A stretch of 64,000 nucleotides of DNA from Candidatus Latescibacterota bacterium (GTDB lineage Bacteria; Latescibacterota; UBA2968; UBA8231), in assembly GCA_964291625.2 (NCBI GenBank), contig OZ220089.1, positions 1,760,001 to 1,824,000 of the forward strand. Direction: 5' to 3'. The notes beneath the pieces are model-generated. The model worked only from the letters and a program-made list of their open reading frames with translations. It was not told where the DNA came from and did not search any database. A program made the position numbers and the translations under genes. Shown one piece after another: positions 21,804-32,359 of the stretch; within the stretch, counting starts at the first letter, position 1; the number at the start of each line of letters is the position of its first letter.

Positions 21804-23501
21804 ATGACCATGCAAAGAGCCGGAGGACCCCTTGCGGCGCTGATCGCCGGCGTCATCGGAGCCGCTTTCGTCGGCTGTGGCGGCGGGGGGCCCGCCGTCG
21901 TCGCCGAGGTCGCGGGGCGGCCGATCGACGAGGAGTCCCTGCGGCGCCTCGTGATGACCCTGCCCCCAGGGCTGAGGACCGCCAAGAAGGGGCAGGAGGC
22001 CCGCCGCGACTATCTGCAGACGCTCATCGATCGGGAGCTCATGCTGCTGGAGGCCGAAGCGCGGGGCCTGCAGGAGGATCCGGAGCTGCTCGGCCGGCTG
22101 CAGCGCAAGGTGGAGGACCGGGTCCTCTCCCTCTACCGCCAGCGGGAGATCCCGGCCGTCGAGGTGACCGCCGAAGAGGTGGAGACGCACATCCGGGAGT
22201 TGGGGCTGCACCGGGAGCGGCTGGCGGAGGCGATCCCGGCGGAGTCGGAGGAGGAGGCGCAGCGGCTTCTCGGCGAGCTCGCCGGCGGACGGCCCTTCGA
22301 GGAGCTGGCGGCCGCACGGCCCGGCTCCCGCGGCAGCGTGGTGGGCTACCTCAACCGCCTCACGGCCCCGCGGGCGGGCGTCCCGGCGCCGGTCTTCGAT
22401 ACCCTGGCCGTGGGCGAGGTCTCCCGGCCCCTGCCCCTGGGCGGCGGCTGGCGCCTGGTGCGCTTCATCGACGACCGCACCTCCACCGACCCCGTCCTGC
22501 GAGACCGCGTGCGCCAGCGCCTCGTCCGCGAGGCCCGCCAGGAGATCGAGGACCAGAAGGTCGAGTTGCTCGCCCGCGAGCTGGACTGGGCGCCCGATAG
22601 CGAAGGCCTGGCCTTTCTCGCCGGCCTCGACACCGGAAGCCGCCGCCTTCGGGAGCTGACCCCCTCCGAGGCCCGGATGCCGCTGTTCACCTTCGAGGGC
22701 GGCGCCGTGACCGTCGATGAATACCTGAACGCGGTCCGCGAGCACAGGGTACGCACCGCCCGGGCCCTGTCGGACAGCGCCTTCGCCTCGGCCCTCGGGC
22801 AGCGCCTCCTCCAGGCCCGCGCCCTGCTCCTGGTCGCCGCCGACCGCCTCGGCATCCCCGAAGAGCCCGGGGTCGTCGACTGGCGGGACCAGGTGCATCC
22901 CGAGATGCTCCTGCGGAGCCTTCGCGCCCAGGTGATCCGGGGCGCCGACTCGATGGCCACCGAGGTGCGGGTGCGCGCCTATTATGATGAACGCCAGGAG
23001 AGCTTCCGCCTGCCCGAGGAGGTCTGCTTCGACGAGATCCTCTTCCGCACCCGCCAGGAGGCCGAGCAGGCCCTTGGCGAGATCGACGACGACGCGCAGC
23101 TCCTCGAGCTCTCCCGCCGGCGCGGCAACAAGGTCCGCAGGCGCCGGCCGGACGGCCTGCTGTGCGCCAACAGCGCGTCCCGTCAGGTGCTGCCCGAGCT
23201 CTGGGCCGTCCTCGAGCAGGCGCCGCCGGGGGTGGTGACGGGTCCGGTATCGCTGCAGGACAAGGCGTACGTGCTGATCAAGGTCGTCCGCCGGGAGCCG
23301 GAGAGACTCCAGACCTTCGACGAGGCCCGAGGCCGCGCCAGGGCTTCCCTCGTGGCCGGCTTCCAGCAACGGCTCTTCGAGGACTGGCTGGCGGGCGTGC
23401 GGGAAGATCGGCAGGGGGAGGTCCGGGTCTTCGAGGACCTCCTCGAGGCCGCCCTCCCCGAGGCCCTGCTGGCCGGGGTCGTCCTCGAGAACGAGACGTG
23501 A
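21804..23501 (+). CDS. PpiC/SurA/PrsA-type peptidyl-prolyl isomerase lipoprotein with tandem rotamase-like domains
   Basis: Lipobox FVGC, VVAEVAGRPI, LQTLIDRELMLLEAEARGL, GEVSRPL, YYDE..ESF..PEEV...EIL, TFDEARGR. Confidence 0.75.
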   Translation: MTMQRAGGPLAALIAGVIGAAFVGCGGGGPAVVAEVAGRPIDEESLRRLVMTLPPGLRTAKKGQEARRDYLQTLIDRELMLLEAEARGLQEDPELLGRLQRKVEDRVLSLYRQREIPAVEVTAEEVETHIRELGLHRERLAEAIPAESEEEAQRLLGELAGGRPFEELAAARPGSRGSVVGYLNRLTAPRAGVPAPVFDTLAVGEVSRPLPLGGGWRLVRFIDDRTSTDPVLRDRVRQRLVREARQEIEDQKVELLARELDWAPDSEGLAFLAGLDTGSRRLRELTPSEARMPLFTFEGGAVTVDEYLNAVREHRVRTARALSDSAFASALGQRLLQARALLLVAADRLGIPEEPGVVDWRDQVHPEMLLRSLRAQVIRGADSMATEVRVRAYYDERQESFRLPEEVCFDEILFRTRQEAEQALGEIDDDAQLLELSRRRGNKVRRRRPDGLLCANSASRQVLPELWAVLEQAPPGVVTGPVSLQDKAYVLIKVVRREPERLQTFDEARGRARASLVAGFQQRLFEDWLAGVREDRQGEVRVFEDLLEAALPEALLAGVVLENET

Positions 23502-23589
23502 CCGAGGGGCTCCCCCGCGCTACATTGGGGACGCTTCCGGCCACCGCCGCGCCGGCGTGCCCCGGTGCGGCCAAGGAGGATGGTTGCCG

Positions 23590-26500
23590 ATGAATCGAAC
23601 CTTCGGATGTTGGGGCTGGTTGGGGGTCATCGCCGCGGGTGCCGGCCTCGGTGCCGCCGACACGGCGGACGCCGCGGACGGGTTCCGCATGAGCGGCGAC
23701 CGGATCGTCATCGACCGGGCGGAGGACTGGAGCCAGTGGCGGCGTCCCTCCCACGCCACCGAGATCGACGCGGACGGCGGGTTCGTGCGTCCCCTGCTGG
23801 TGCGCAGGGAGATCAACGCCATTCCCGGCATGGACCAGTTCACGAGTCTCATCGGCGATCAGAGGGCCCTCGACAAGCTGGTCAAGGACGTCGACCGGGA
23901 GGGCGGGGCCATGCCCATGAACATCCGCTCCCAGGCGGCCTCGGTGGCGGGCGTCCCCATCGTGCACCTCAAGGACAACGAGAAGAAGGGAATCAAGGCG
24001 GGGGACCCGATCGAGTGGTTCTACTACTTCGGCGGTATCCGCCACACACCGCGCAGCGCCGAGTCGGCGTCCAACATTCTGGACGGCGATCCCTCCAGCT
24101 ATTGGGAGCCCACGACCCTGGTCACCGAGGGGGAGTGGCTGGACCTGCCCGAGGCCAGGCGCGGACCCAAGATCTTTCTCGCTCCCGATGCGGCGGGCGA
24201 TCTTGCCCGGGTGGACTCGCTGGCCTGGCTGTCGGCGCCCACCAACGAGCGGCAGGTGGAGTACCACAGCCATGACCTCTCCGAGTGGTATGTCGACATC
24301 GAGCTCGGGCGTGTCCTGCCCGTGCGGTTCATCGTTCTCCGCTTCGCCGACCCCGAGGTGGGCGAGCCCTTCCGCCAGTTCCGCATCCTCGGCACCGCCT
24401 CGCACCTGCGCGACGCCCCCCTGGGGCTGATCGCGCGCACCAACACGCCGAACGAGGACCACCAGGTCGTCAGCTTCGAGCTCGGATCGGGACCAGCCAC
24501 CCCGAGCGTCGGCTCCGAGGCGGTGATCGACTTCGACACTCCCGGCGGCTACCAGCAGCTCCACCGCCTGCGCATCGCCGTCACCGACAGCCGCTTCGAC
24601 CGCTTCCGCCGGCTGGCCTCCGAGGAGGAGTACCTGGCCCTGCCGCTGCAGGACCGCGGCAGCATCGAGTACCACATCGTCAATGCCGCCGGGACCGAGA
24701 CCCGCGTGGACAGGGAGGTCTACGACAAGGTCGACGACGATCGCAAGGGCTCCCGCGTCTACTACCAGCGCGAGCGTCCGCGCCTGGCCGATATCGAGGT
24801 CTGGACCCAGGGGGACAACATCTCCCTAGGCGTGATCGACGGCGGCGGCAGCGTCGACCTGACGGGGGCCCGCGTCGGCGACCCGGGCTTCGACGGCCTC
24901 TACGAGACCAACTACCTGCAGCTCGTGTGGTCCTCGGACGCGCGCTACTCCAACCGGGGCATCATGAACCTCGACCTGGGGGCCCGCTTCTGGCTCGACT
25001 TCTTCCGCATGGTGGGCTGGTTCAACGGCGTCGACGAGATCGTCACCTGGGTCTCCGACGGCAGCCGCGACCCCAACGGCAACCTGCGCTTCACCGAGAT
25101 CGACCGCGACCCGAGCGGACAGGGGCGCAGCGACATCGAGATCTCCCTTGAGGAGCCCATGCCGGTGCGCTACCTGCGCACACAGATCTTCTCCGACGCA
25201 CCCGGGCGGGCGGGCGGATACAACACCGGCGACCGCATCCGGGAGTTCCAGATCTTCGGCGACGGCTACCCCTCCCAGGTCACCCTCTCCTCCCCGATCA
25301 TCGAGCTGCCGGGAGCCACCTTCCTCGGCGCCATCACCTGGGACGCGGACGTTCCGAACCCGGATCTCGCGGACGTCGAGATCCGCACGCGCACCGGCGA
25401 CCGCCTGGTGGACGTGACCGAGTACTACGGCAGCGGCGGCGAGCCCAAGACCGAGGCCGAGTACAACAAGCTGCCTACCAGCTTCAAGGGCCCCGTCGTG
25501 CCCCGGCGGGTCCCCGGGGGCGGCTGGAGCTCCTGGAGCCAGCGCTACCTGGTCCCGGGCCAGCGCGTGACCTCCCCGAGCCCGCGGAGGTATCTGCAGA
25601 TCCAGGCGCGGCTGCTGTCGTTGACGCCGGACCTCGCCGCCACCCTGCGCTCCATCGAGGTGGAGCTGCTGCCGCCGGCGGCCGCCAGCTCCCTGGCCGA
25701 GGTGTGGCCCTCGGAGGCGACGCCGGGCCACATGGAGGTCTTCGATCTCTTCGTGCGGCCCACCTTCATCGAGGAGGATCCGGACGGCGAGCCGAGCAGC
25801 CGCTTCGACGAGATCCTGGTCGACGCCGACCCCATCCAGGAGTTCGAGCTGCTCCACATCGCCATCGGTGCCGAAGGGGACATGGAGGACGGCGGCACGG
25901 CCCAGCGGTTCTCCGAGCCGGCGTCGCGGACCGACCCGGATACAGGGGCTCCGACGAACTGGTTCGAGGGCGACGACGGCCCCTTCCTGGCCCTCCTCGA
26001 CCCGTCCTCGGGCGACACCCTCAAGGTGCTGCAGGGAGGCCTGCCGGGGATCGCCGCGCCGGAGCCGGATGAGGCTTCCCGGGTGCTGTTGAGGCTGCCC
26101 AGGAGGGTGGCCCCCCTGCCCGCGGGCGACGGCGACCGGCTCTTCCACCGCAAGATCCTCGAGGTCGAGGAAGAGGTGCCGGTGGACGAGGACGGCCGCA
26201 TCCTGAACGAGCTGACCTACCTCGGCCTTCCCATGGAGCAGCAGGGGAGGATCCTGTATTTCGAGATCACCGGGCGCACCGACGCGGGCGGTCCCCTGCA
26301 GGAGCAGGTGGAAGAGTTCGACTACCGAGCCCTGCCGGACTCCGCCAAGGGCGAGATCCGCTACTTCCGCAAGCTCGTCGGCTCCGGAGGGGAGTTCCCC
26401 TACGACCGCGAGGGGGTGCCCCTCACCGAAGCCGCGTACAACCAGTTGCCCCAGGCCGAGCGAGGCCGCGTGCAGGCTGCCGGCGAGCTGGTCCGCATCG

Positions 26501-26976
26501 CTTTCCGCGCCAAGGTGCTGCTCAACGGAACCACCCTCGACGTGGCCATCCGCGACTCCGAGGGCGGGAGCGGCTGGCAACAGGTCGACCCGGGGAACGC
26601 AACGCTCCTGCAGCCGGGTGACGGCCTCAGCATCGCCGTTCCCATCAGCCGGCAGGTGGTGCGCGGCATCCAGGTCGAGCCGAGGACGTTCACCCCCAAC
26701 GGCGACGGCATCAACGACCTCACCGAGGTCCGGTTCTCGGTGGGCAACGTCAACGTGGCGCGTCCCGTGGAGCTGCGGATCCACGACCTCAGCGGACGCC
26801 TGGTGTGGCGCGAGGAGCGCCTGACCTTCGGCGACCAGAGCTTCCAGTGGGACGGTTCGGACGGCTCCGGCAACCTCGTGGCTCCGGGCCTGTACCTGTG
26901 CCGCGTGGTGGTCGATGTCGACGACGCCGGCGCCTCGAGAAGGGCCGACCAACGGCTCATCGCCGTCGCTTACTGA
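23590..26976 (+). CDS. Large secreted protein with C-terminal FlgD-Ig / gliding-motility-CTD-like domain (paralog 3), with internal repeats
   Basis: AGGAGG RBS before MNRTFG; RTRTG, WSSWS, SPSPRRYLQ, AEVWP, TFTPNGDGIND, WDG..APGLY; ends IAVAY. Confidence 0.75.
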   Translation: MNRTFGCWGWLGVIAAGAGLGAADTADAADGFRMSGDRIVIDRAEDWSQWRRPSHATEIDADGGFVRPLLVRREINAIPGMDQFTSLIGDQRALDKLVKDVDREGGAMPMNIRSQAASVAGVPIVHLKDNEKKGIKAGDPIEWFYYFGGIRHTPRSAESASNILDGDPSSYWEPTTLVTEGEWLDLPEARRGPKIFLAPDAAGDLARVDSLAWLSAPTNERQVEYHSHDLSEWYVDIELGRVLPVRFIVLRFADPEVGEPFRQFRILGTASHLRDAPLGLIARTNTPNEDHQVVSFELGSGPATPSVGSEAVIDFDTPGGYQQLHRLRIAVTDSRFDRFRRLASEEEYLALPLQDRGSIEYHIVNAAGTETRVDREVYDKVDDDRKGSRVYYQRERPRLADIEVWTQGDNISLGVIDGGGSVDLTGARVGDPGFDGLYETNYLQLVWSSDARYSNRGIMNLDLGARFWLDFFRMVGWFNGVDEIVTWVSDGSRDPNGNLRFTEIDRDPSGQGRSDIEISLEEPMPVRYLRTQIFSDAPGRAGGYNTGDRIREFQIFGDGYPSQVTLSSPIIELPGATFLGAITWDADVPNPDLADVEIRTRTGDRLVDVTEYYGSGGEPKTEAEYNKLPTSFKGPVVPRRVPGGGWSSWSQRYLVPGQRVTSPSPRRYLQIQARLLSLTPDLAATLRSIEVELLPPAAASSLAEVWPSEATPGHMEVFDLFVRPTFIEEDPDGEPSSRFDEILVDADPIQEFELLHIAIGAEGDMEDGGTAQRFSEPASRTDPDTGAPTNWFEGDDGPFLALLDPSSGDTLKVLQGGLPGIAAPEPDEASRVLLRLPRRVAPLPAGDGDRLFHRKILEVEEEVPVDEDGRILNELTYLGLPMEQQGRILYFEITGRTDAGGPLQEQVEEFDYRALPDSAKGEIRYFRKLVGSGGEFPYDREGVPLTEAAYNQLPQAERGRVQAAGELVRIAFRAKVLLNGTTLDVAIRDSEGGSGWQQVDPGNATLLQPGDGLSIAVPISRQVVRGIQVEPRTFTPNGDGINDLTEVRFSVGNVNVARPVELRIHDLSGRLVWREERLTFGDQSFQWDGSDGSGNLVAPGLYLCRVVVDVDDAGASRRADQRLIAVAY

Positions 26977-28547
26977 TCCCCCGGCTCTCCCGGGCCAACC
27001 TGCTGGCCTTGCTGGGGGGCTTCGGCGTCATCGGGCTGGCCGAGTTGGCCCTTTGGGCGGTCGGCTACGGGCCGCCGAACCGTCTCTTCCTGCTCGACAA
27101 GACCGCGGGATCCTACACGGCCAACCCCGAGGTCACGCACCGCTTCTTCCCGCCACACCTGCGCCGCCGGCCGGTGGCCCTCGACTTCGCCGCCCGCAAG
27201 CCGCCCGACACGGTGCGCATCTTCGCCCTCGGCGGCTCCACCCTCGTGGGGTTTCCCAACGCTCCCGGCCTCGACTTCCCGCGCTTCCTGCAGCTCATGC
27301 TCGCCGATGCCTTCCCGGACCGCAGGTTCGAAGTCGTCAACTGCGGGATCACCGCGGTCAACAGCCACTGCGTCCTCGACTTCGGGCGCGAGGTCCTCGA
27401 CTACGAGCCCGATCTGCTCGTCGTCTACATGGGCCACAATGAGTTCGTGGGACCCTACGGGCCGACGACGCCCTTCGTCCGCCTGGGCCAGAGACGCCCG
27501 CTGATCCGGGCGCACATGCAGCTGCAGAGATCCAGGCTCCTCCACGGCGCCAAGGAGGTGTTCTTCGGCCTGTCCTCGCTGGCCGGGGGGGAGCCTCCCC
27601 GCTTCGGCCTCCACCTGGTGACCGGCGAGATCGACTGGACCGACGCCAGCTACGGGAGCACCGTGGACAACTACCGCGCCAACCTCGACGACCTGGCGCA
27701 GGCGGCCGCCGACAGGGGCGTCCCGGTCCTGCTGGGGACCCTGGCGTCCAACCTCGGCGGTTTCTACCCCCTGAGGTCGGACTGCGGCGGCGGTCTCGCC
27801 GGCCCGGAGCTGGCGGCCGCGGCGGACGACCTCCTCCGTCAGGGCCGGCCGGAGCGGGTGCGGTCCCTGGCCAGGGAATCGCTCAGGAGTGACCCCTACT
27901 GCGCCGCCGCCCACTTCGAGCTGGCCCGCCTGCAGAGGATGGAGGGCAGAGACCGCGAGGCCCAGGCCTCCTTTGCTCTCGCCCGCGACCAGGACCGCGT
28001 GCCCTTCCGGGCGCCGTCGGTCTTCAACGAGGTCGTGCGCGAGACCGGCCGCCGCCACGCCAACGTGATCGTCGCCGACGTGGAGGCCGCCCTTGCCGCC
28101 GCCTCTCCGGGGGGCATCGTCGGGGACGAGCTGATGACCGACTACCTCCACCCCACCGTCTACGGCCACTACCTGCTGGCCCGGACCCTGATCGAGCAGA
28201 TGGCCGGCCGCCCTCCGGCCTCGGCCTGGGGAACCCCGCGGCCGGCGGACGGCTTCGAGTCCTGCCGGGACCGCCTCGGGTACACTCGCTTCGCCGACGC
28301 CCTCGCCCGCAACGACCTGATCTACTTCCTGCGCAGCATGCCCTACCTCTCGCCGCCGCCGTTGCTGCGCGAGCGCGTGGCCGGGCTGGTCCGGCAGCAG
28401 CTGGATCTCTACGCGCGCCTGACCCCCGTCGACCGGGAGCGCTTCCGCCGCGCCGGGGGGCTCGCCTTCCTGCGCAAGGCGGTCTCCTTCGCCCCGCCGC
28501 GGCGCATCCCGGACCTTGACGCGGCGCTGCGGCGCCTGGGGGCCTGA
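26973..28547 (+). CDS. SGNH/GDSL hydrolase with TPR insertion, membrane-anchored
   Basis: N-terminal TM, RIFALGGST, EVVNCG, YMGHNEFVG, DYLHPT catalytic motif. Start approximate. Confidence 0.75.
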   Translation: MIPRLSRANLLALLGGFGVIGLAELALWAVGYGPPNRLFLLDKTAGSYTANPEVTHRFFPPHLRRRPVALDFAARKPPDTVRIFALGGSTLVGFPNAPGLDFPRFLQLMLADAFPDRRFEVVNCGITAVNSHCVLDFGREVLDYEPDLLVVYMGHNEFVGPYGPTTPFVRLGQRRPLIRAHMQLQRSRLLHGAKEVFFGLSSLAGGEPPRFGLHLVTGEIDWTDASYGSTVDNYRANLDDLAQAAADRGVPVLLGTLASNLGGFYPLRSDCGGGLAGPELAAAADDLLRQGRPERVRSLARESLRSDPYCAAAHFELARLQRMEGRDREAQASFALARDQDRVPFRAPSVFNEVVRETGRRHANVIVADVEAALAAASPGGIVGDELMTDYLHPTVYGHYLLARTLIEQMAGRPPASAWGTPRPADGFESCRDRLGYTRFADALARNDLIYFLRSMPYLSPPPLLRERVAGLVRQQLDLYARLTPVDRERFRRAGGLAFLRKAVSFAPPRRIPDLDAALRRLGA

Positions 28548-28689
28548 AGGCGGCCCTCGCGAGTCTCCGGACGCGCGTCCCGGGCCCTCGAACGCGCGCC
28601 CACGGCGCCCCTTGCCCCTCGGATAGGGTCGGTGTATACTGGCGAAGATCGTCTGACCAAGGCCCTCGCCCCTCGCCGGAGGACGGAAG

Positions 28690-29421
28690 ATGAGACGCCT
28701 CGGAGCCGCCCTGCCCCTCTTTCTGCTCACCCTCGGCTGCGGCTACTCCTACTACTCCGAACCCCTTCAGCCCCTCGGATCGCAGGCCCCCCACCTGCAG
28801 GTGCAGGACGACGGGGGCGTCCACTTCACCCAGGGCCGGCTGGAGGTCCGCGTGCGGCCCATGACCGAGGACGAGCTCAACCGGCGGTTCCAGTCGGCCT
28901 CGGTCCACGGCGTCCACTCGACCAATCCCTACACCTTCGGTAACGCCGAGCGGCCCGAGCAGGAGTCGGAGGACCGGTTCACCGTCTTCCTCCTGAGCGT
29001 CAAGAACTACGAGTATCCCAAGGTCCTCATCGATCCGATGAAGATCGCCCTCTACGCCGACAACGGACGCGAGTACTGGTCTCTCGACATCCTGCAGCTG
29101 ACCAACTACTACCGCGCCTACGCCCAGGGTTACCGGGGCAACGAGTACGGCCGCTTCCGCGAGCGCCAGGACCTGCTCAACCGCACCATGTTCCCCAAGG
29201 AGATGATCTTCAGCGGCCAGGAGCTGGAGGGGTTTCTCGTCTTCCGCAGCCTGCACTCGGACGTGGCCAACCTGACGCTGACCATCCACGGCGCCGTGAC
29301 CCGCTTCGACTACCGCGACGAGCCCGTGGAGAAGGTCGACATCTCCTACCGGTTCGGACGCGAGGTGGGGCGGCTCTACCCCGGAGGCCGCCGCCAGCCG
29401 AGCACCGCCTCGGCCTCCTGA
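28690..29421 (+). CDS. Hypothetical lipoprotein
   Basis: Lipobox LTLGC, good codon usage, RBS. Confidence 0.7.
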   Translation: MRRLGAALPLFLLTLGCGYSYYSEPLQPLGSQAPHLQVQDDGGVHFTQGRLEVRVRPMTEDELNRRFQSASVHGVHSTNPYTFGNAERPEQESEDRFTVFLLSVKNYEYPKVLIDPMKIALYADNGREYWSLDILQLTNYYRAYAQGYRGNEYGRFRERQDLLNRTMFPKEMIFSGQELEGFLVFRSLHSDVANLTLTIHGAVTRFDYRDEPVEKVDISYRFGREVGRLYPGGRRQPSTASAS

Positions 29422-29532
29422 ACACCCTGATCCGGCACCCCGCCGGAGTCCGTTTCTCCCGAGTCCCGCACCGCCTTGCCGGCCGCTTTCCGCCCGCTCC
29501 CGCCGGGCGTCCGCCCGAACCCCGCCGGATCG

Positions 29533-31251
29533 TCAGGGCCCCTCGCCGGCGTTCTGCGGAGTCGCCACGTTGAGGGGACAGCGGTCCCGGTACGAGGGTT
29601 CCATCCGGTCCCACAACTCTTCGAGGGCGTGCTGGTTCCAGTCGTGGAAGCGGGAGGCGCCGATCTCGTCGGCCAGGCCGGTGCTCTCGAGGACCTGGTA
29701 GACCCCGTGCTTGACACGGGTCACGTGGACCTCCACCCCGACGCCCCGCAACTCCTCGACGGCGCGGCGCAGAGCCTCGACTCCGGTGACATCGATCTCG
29801 TTGATGCCCCCCGCATCGAAGACGAGATAGCGCAGTTGCGGCAGCCGCGACAGCGCCTCGAGCACCTTGTCCTCGAACCAGCCGGCGTCGCCGAAGTAGA
29901 GACCGCCGTCGAATCGCAGGATGGCGATGCGCTGACCGAGGGCCAGGCCGTGGGCGTCAGCGTCGACGAGATGGCCCTCCGGGTGGCGGGCGAGGTAGGC
30001 CACGTGGGGACGCATCGTGCGGCGCAGGAACTGCAGCAGGGAGAGGGCGACGCCGATGAGGATGCCCCAGTGAAGGGCGGGGGCCAGGGCGAGGGTGGCG
30101 GCGAAGGTGATGGCGGCGATGAGGGCGCCGGTGCGCGACACCCTCCAGGCGCGGCGGACCGGCTTGATGCCGACCAGGCCGGCCACGGCGGCGACGATGA
30201 TGACCGCCAGCGTCGCCCGGGGCAGATGGTGGAAGAGTGGGGTGAGGACCAGGAGGGTGAGGAGGACGGCGGCGGAGGTCACGGCGGAGGCGAAGCCCGT
30301 GACCGCGCCGTTGGTGAAGTTGACCATCGACCGCGAGAACGAGCCGGAGACGGCGTACGATCCGAAGAGGCTGCCCGCCACGTTGGCCAGGCCCTGCCCG
30401 ACGAGCTCCTGGTCGACGTCGATGTGGTGCTTGCTGCGCGCCGCGATCGTCTTGGCGATCGACATCGCCTCCATGAGGCCGATGAGGGTCAGCACCGCGG
30501 CGCCGGGCAGCAGTTGCAGGACCAGGCCGGGGTCGACCGCCGGCAGCTCGAAGGCGGGCAGGCCCCTCGGGACGTGGCCCACCACCTCGCCGTCGAAGCC
30601 GGCCGCCCAGGAGAGGGCGGTGGTGACGGCCACGGCGGCGAGGACCTTCTCGAAGCGGTGCCGCAGCAGGATGAGGACGGCGGCGGCCAGGGCCGCCATG
30701 CCGACCGTCGTCCAGCGGAGGTCCGCGGCGGAGGCCAGGACGCGCCACACCGTCTCCACATGGAACGACCCGGCCTCGGCGTCCACGCCGAGGAGGTGGT
30801 GCAGCTGCGAGCTGGCGATGATCAGGGCGGCGGCGTTGGTGAAGCCGGCGATGACCGGCACGGAGAGCAGGTTGACGAGCATCCCCAGCCTCAGCGCCCC
30901 GAGGGCCAGCCGCAGGACCCCGACCATCAGGGCCAGCAGGATCGAGCAGGAGACGTAGGCCTCGGTGCCCGCCGCGGCCACCGACCCCACGGTGGCGGCG
31001 CTGATCAGGGAGGCCATGGCCACCGGTCCCGTGGCCAGGTGCCGGGAGGATCCCCAGAAGGCGGCGATCACCGGCGGCAGGAAGGCGGCGTAGAGGCCGT
31101 AGACCGAGGGCAGCCCCGCCAGCTCGGCATAGGCCATCGCCTGGGGCACCAGCACCGCGGCCACCGTCACGCCGGCGACCAGGTCCCGCCGCAGGACGCC
31201 GGGCCGGCGCAGCTCGGGGAGCCAGCGGAGGAAGGGAAGGAGTCGGTCCAT
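29533..31251 (-). CDS. SulP-family anion permease with STAS domain
   Basis: DLVAGVTVAAVLVPQAMAYAELAGLP..YGLY, QELVGQGLAN, SGSFSRS, C-terminal STAS (LRFDGGLYF, IDVTG). Start MDRLLPF. Confidence 0.93.
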   Translation of the reverse strand: MDRLLPFLRWLPELRRPGVLRRDLVAGVTVAAVLVPQAMAYAELAGLPSVYGLYAAFLPPVIAAFWGSSRHLATGPVAMASLISAATVGSVAAAGTEAYVSCSILLALMVGVLRLALGALRLGMLVNLLSVPVIAGFTNAAALIIASSQLHHLLGVDAEAGSFHVETVWRVLASAADLRWTTVGMAALAAAVLILLRHRFEKVLAAVAVTTALSWAAGFDGEVVGHVPRGLPAFELPAVDPGLVLQLLPGAAVLTLIGLMEAMSIAKTIAARSKHHIDVDQELVGQGLANVAGSLFGSYAVSGSFSRSMVNFTNGAVTGFASAVTSAAVLLTLLVLTPLFHHLPRATLAVIIVAAVAGLVGIKPVRRAWRVSRTGALIAAITFAATLALAPALHWGILIGVALSLLQFLRRTMRPHVAYLARHPEGHLVDADAHGLALGQRIAILRFDGGLYFGDAGWFEDKVLEALSRLPQLRYLVFDAGGINEIDVTGVEALRRAVEELRGVGVEVHVTRVKHGVYQVLESTGLADEIGASRFHDWNQHALEELWDRMEPSYRDRCPLNVATPQNAGEGP

Positions 31252-31324
31252 GAACACTATTCTATACTGATTTCCAGCCCCTCCACGCACACACGGGGGC
31301 CGGGAGCCCCCCCGGAGAAGAGAA

Positions 31325-32317
31325 ATGGCGAAGACCTCGGCGATCGTCGTAGGCACCGGCGGCATGGCCCGCCACCACATGAGCGTCATGCTCGACATGT
31401 CCAACACCCGCATCTGCGGCCTCGTCGAGGTCGCCGATGACCAGCGGCAGCAGACCCGTGACCTGTTCGAGAGCCGGGGCAGGAGGTGCCCGCCCTTCTA
31501 CGACACGATCAAGGCACTCATCGCGGCCCAGGGCGCGCCCGACACGGCTTTCATCGCCACGCCGCACAAGTACCACCTGGAGAACGCCCGGGACTGCCTG
31601 CGGGCCGGCGTCGACGTCCTGCTCGAGAAGCCGATGGTGATCAACGCCTCCGAGGCGAGGCGCCTGATCAAGGTCCGCGACGAAGTCGGGAAGCTGCTCG
31701 TCGTCGCCTTCCCGGGCAGCCTGTCGCCGGCGGTCAGGAAAGCCAGGCAGATGATCGCGGGCGGAAAGCTCGGCCACGTAACGTCCGTCTCCGCCTACGC
31801 GCACCAGAACTGGAAGGCGATGACCGTCGGCCAGTGGCGGCAGGACCCGGAGATCTCCGGAGGGGGCTTTCTCTTCGACACGGGATCGCACATGGTCAAC
31901 ACGGTCGTCGATCTCATCGACCAGGACGTGGTCGAGGTCTGCGCCCTCATGGATGACTGCGGCACCCCCGTCGACATCAATTCGACCGTCAGCGGCCGCT
32001 TCCGCGACGGCACCCTGCTCTCGCTGGCCGCGGCCGGCGACTCCATCCACTGCACCTCCGAAGTCACCGTCATCGGCGACCGGGGGATCCTGCGGACCGG
32101 TATCTGGGGGGAGCGGCTGCTCTTCAAACCGGTGAAGGAGAGTGCCTTCGCCGAGGTCCGCCACCCCCGCTCCCGGGGCGTGTGGGAGCAGTTCCTCAAG
32201 GTCCGCGCCGGCCGACAGGCCAATCCCTGCCCTCCCGAGGTCGGCCTGCGCTTCGCCAGGATGATGGACATGATCCGCAAGAGCGACCGCACCCGGACCA
32301 CGGTCAAGGCGCGCTAG
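31325..32317 (+). CDS. Gfo/Idh/MocA-family oxidoreductase
   Basis: VVGTGGMA, IATPH..H, VLLEKPM, SGGGFLFDTGSH. Confidence 0.92.
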   Translation: MAKTSAIVVGTGGMARHHMSVMLDMSNTRICGLVEVADDQRQQTRDLFESRGRRCPPFYDTIKALIAAQGAPDTAFIATPHKYHLENARDCLRAGVDVLLEKPMVINASEARRLIKVRDEVGKLLVVAFPGSLSPAVRKARQMIAGGKLGHVTSVSAYAHQNWKAMTVGQWRQDPEISGGGFLFDTGSHMVNTVVDLIDQDVVEVCALMDDCGTPVDINSTVSGRFRDGTLLSLAAAGDSIHCTSEVTVIGDRGILRTGIWGERLLFKPVKESAFAEVRHPRSRGVWEQFLKVRAGRQANPCPPEVGLRFARMMDMIRKSDRTRTTVKAR

Positions 32318-32359
32318 CGGCGCCGGCCGATCCTGCATACCCCCGAATGGAGACCCACC

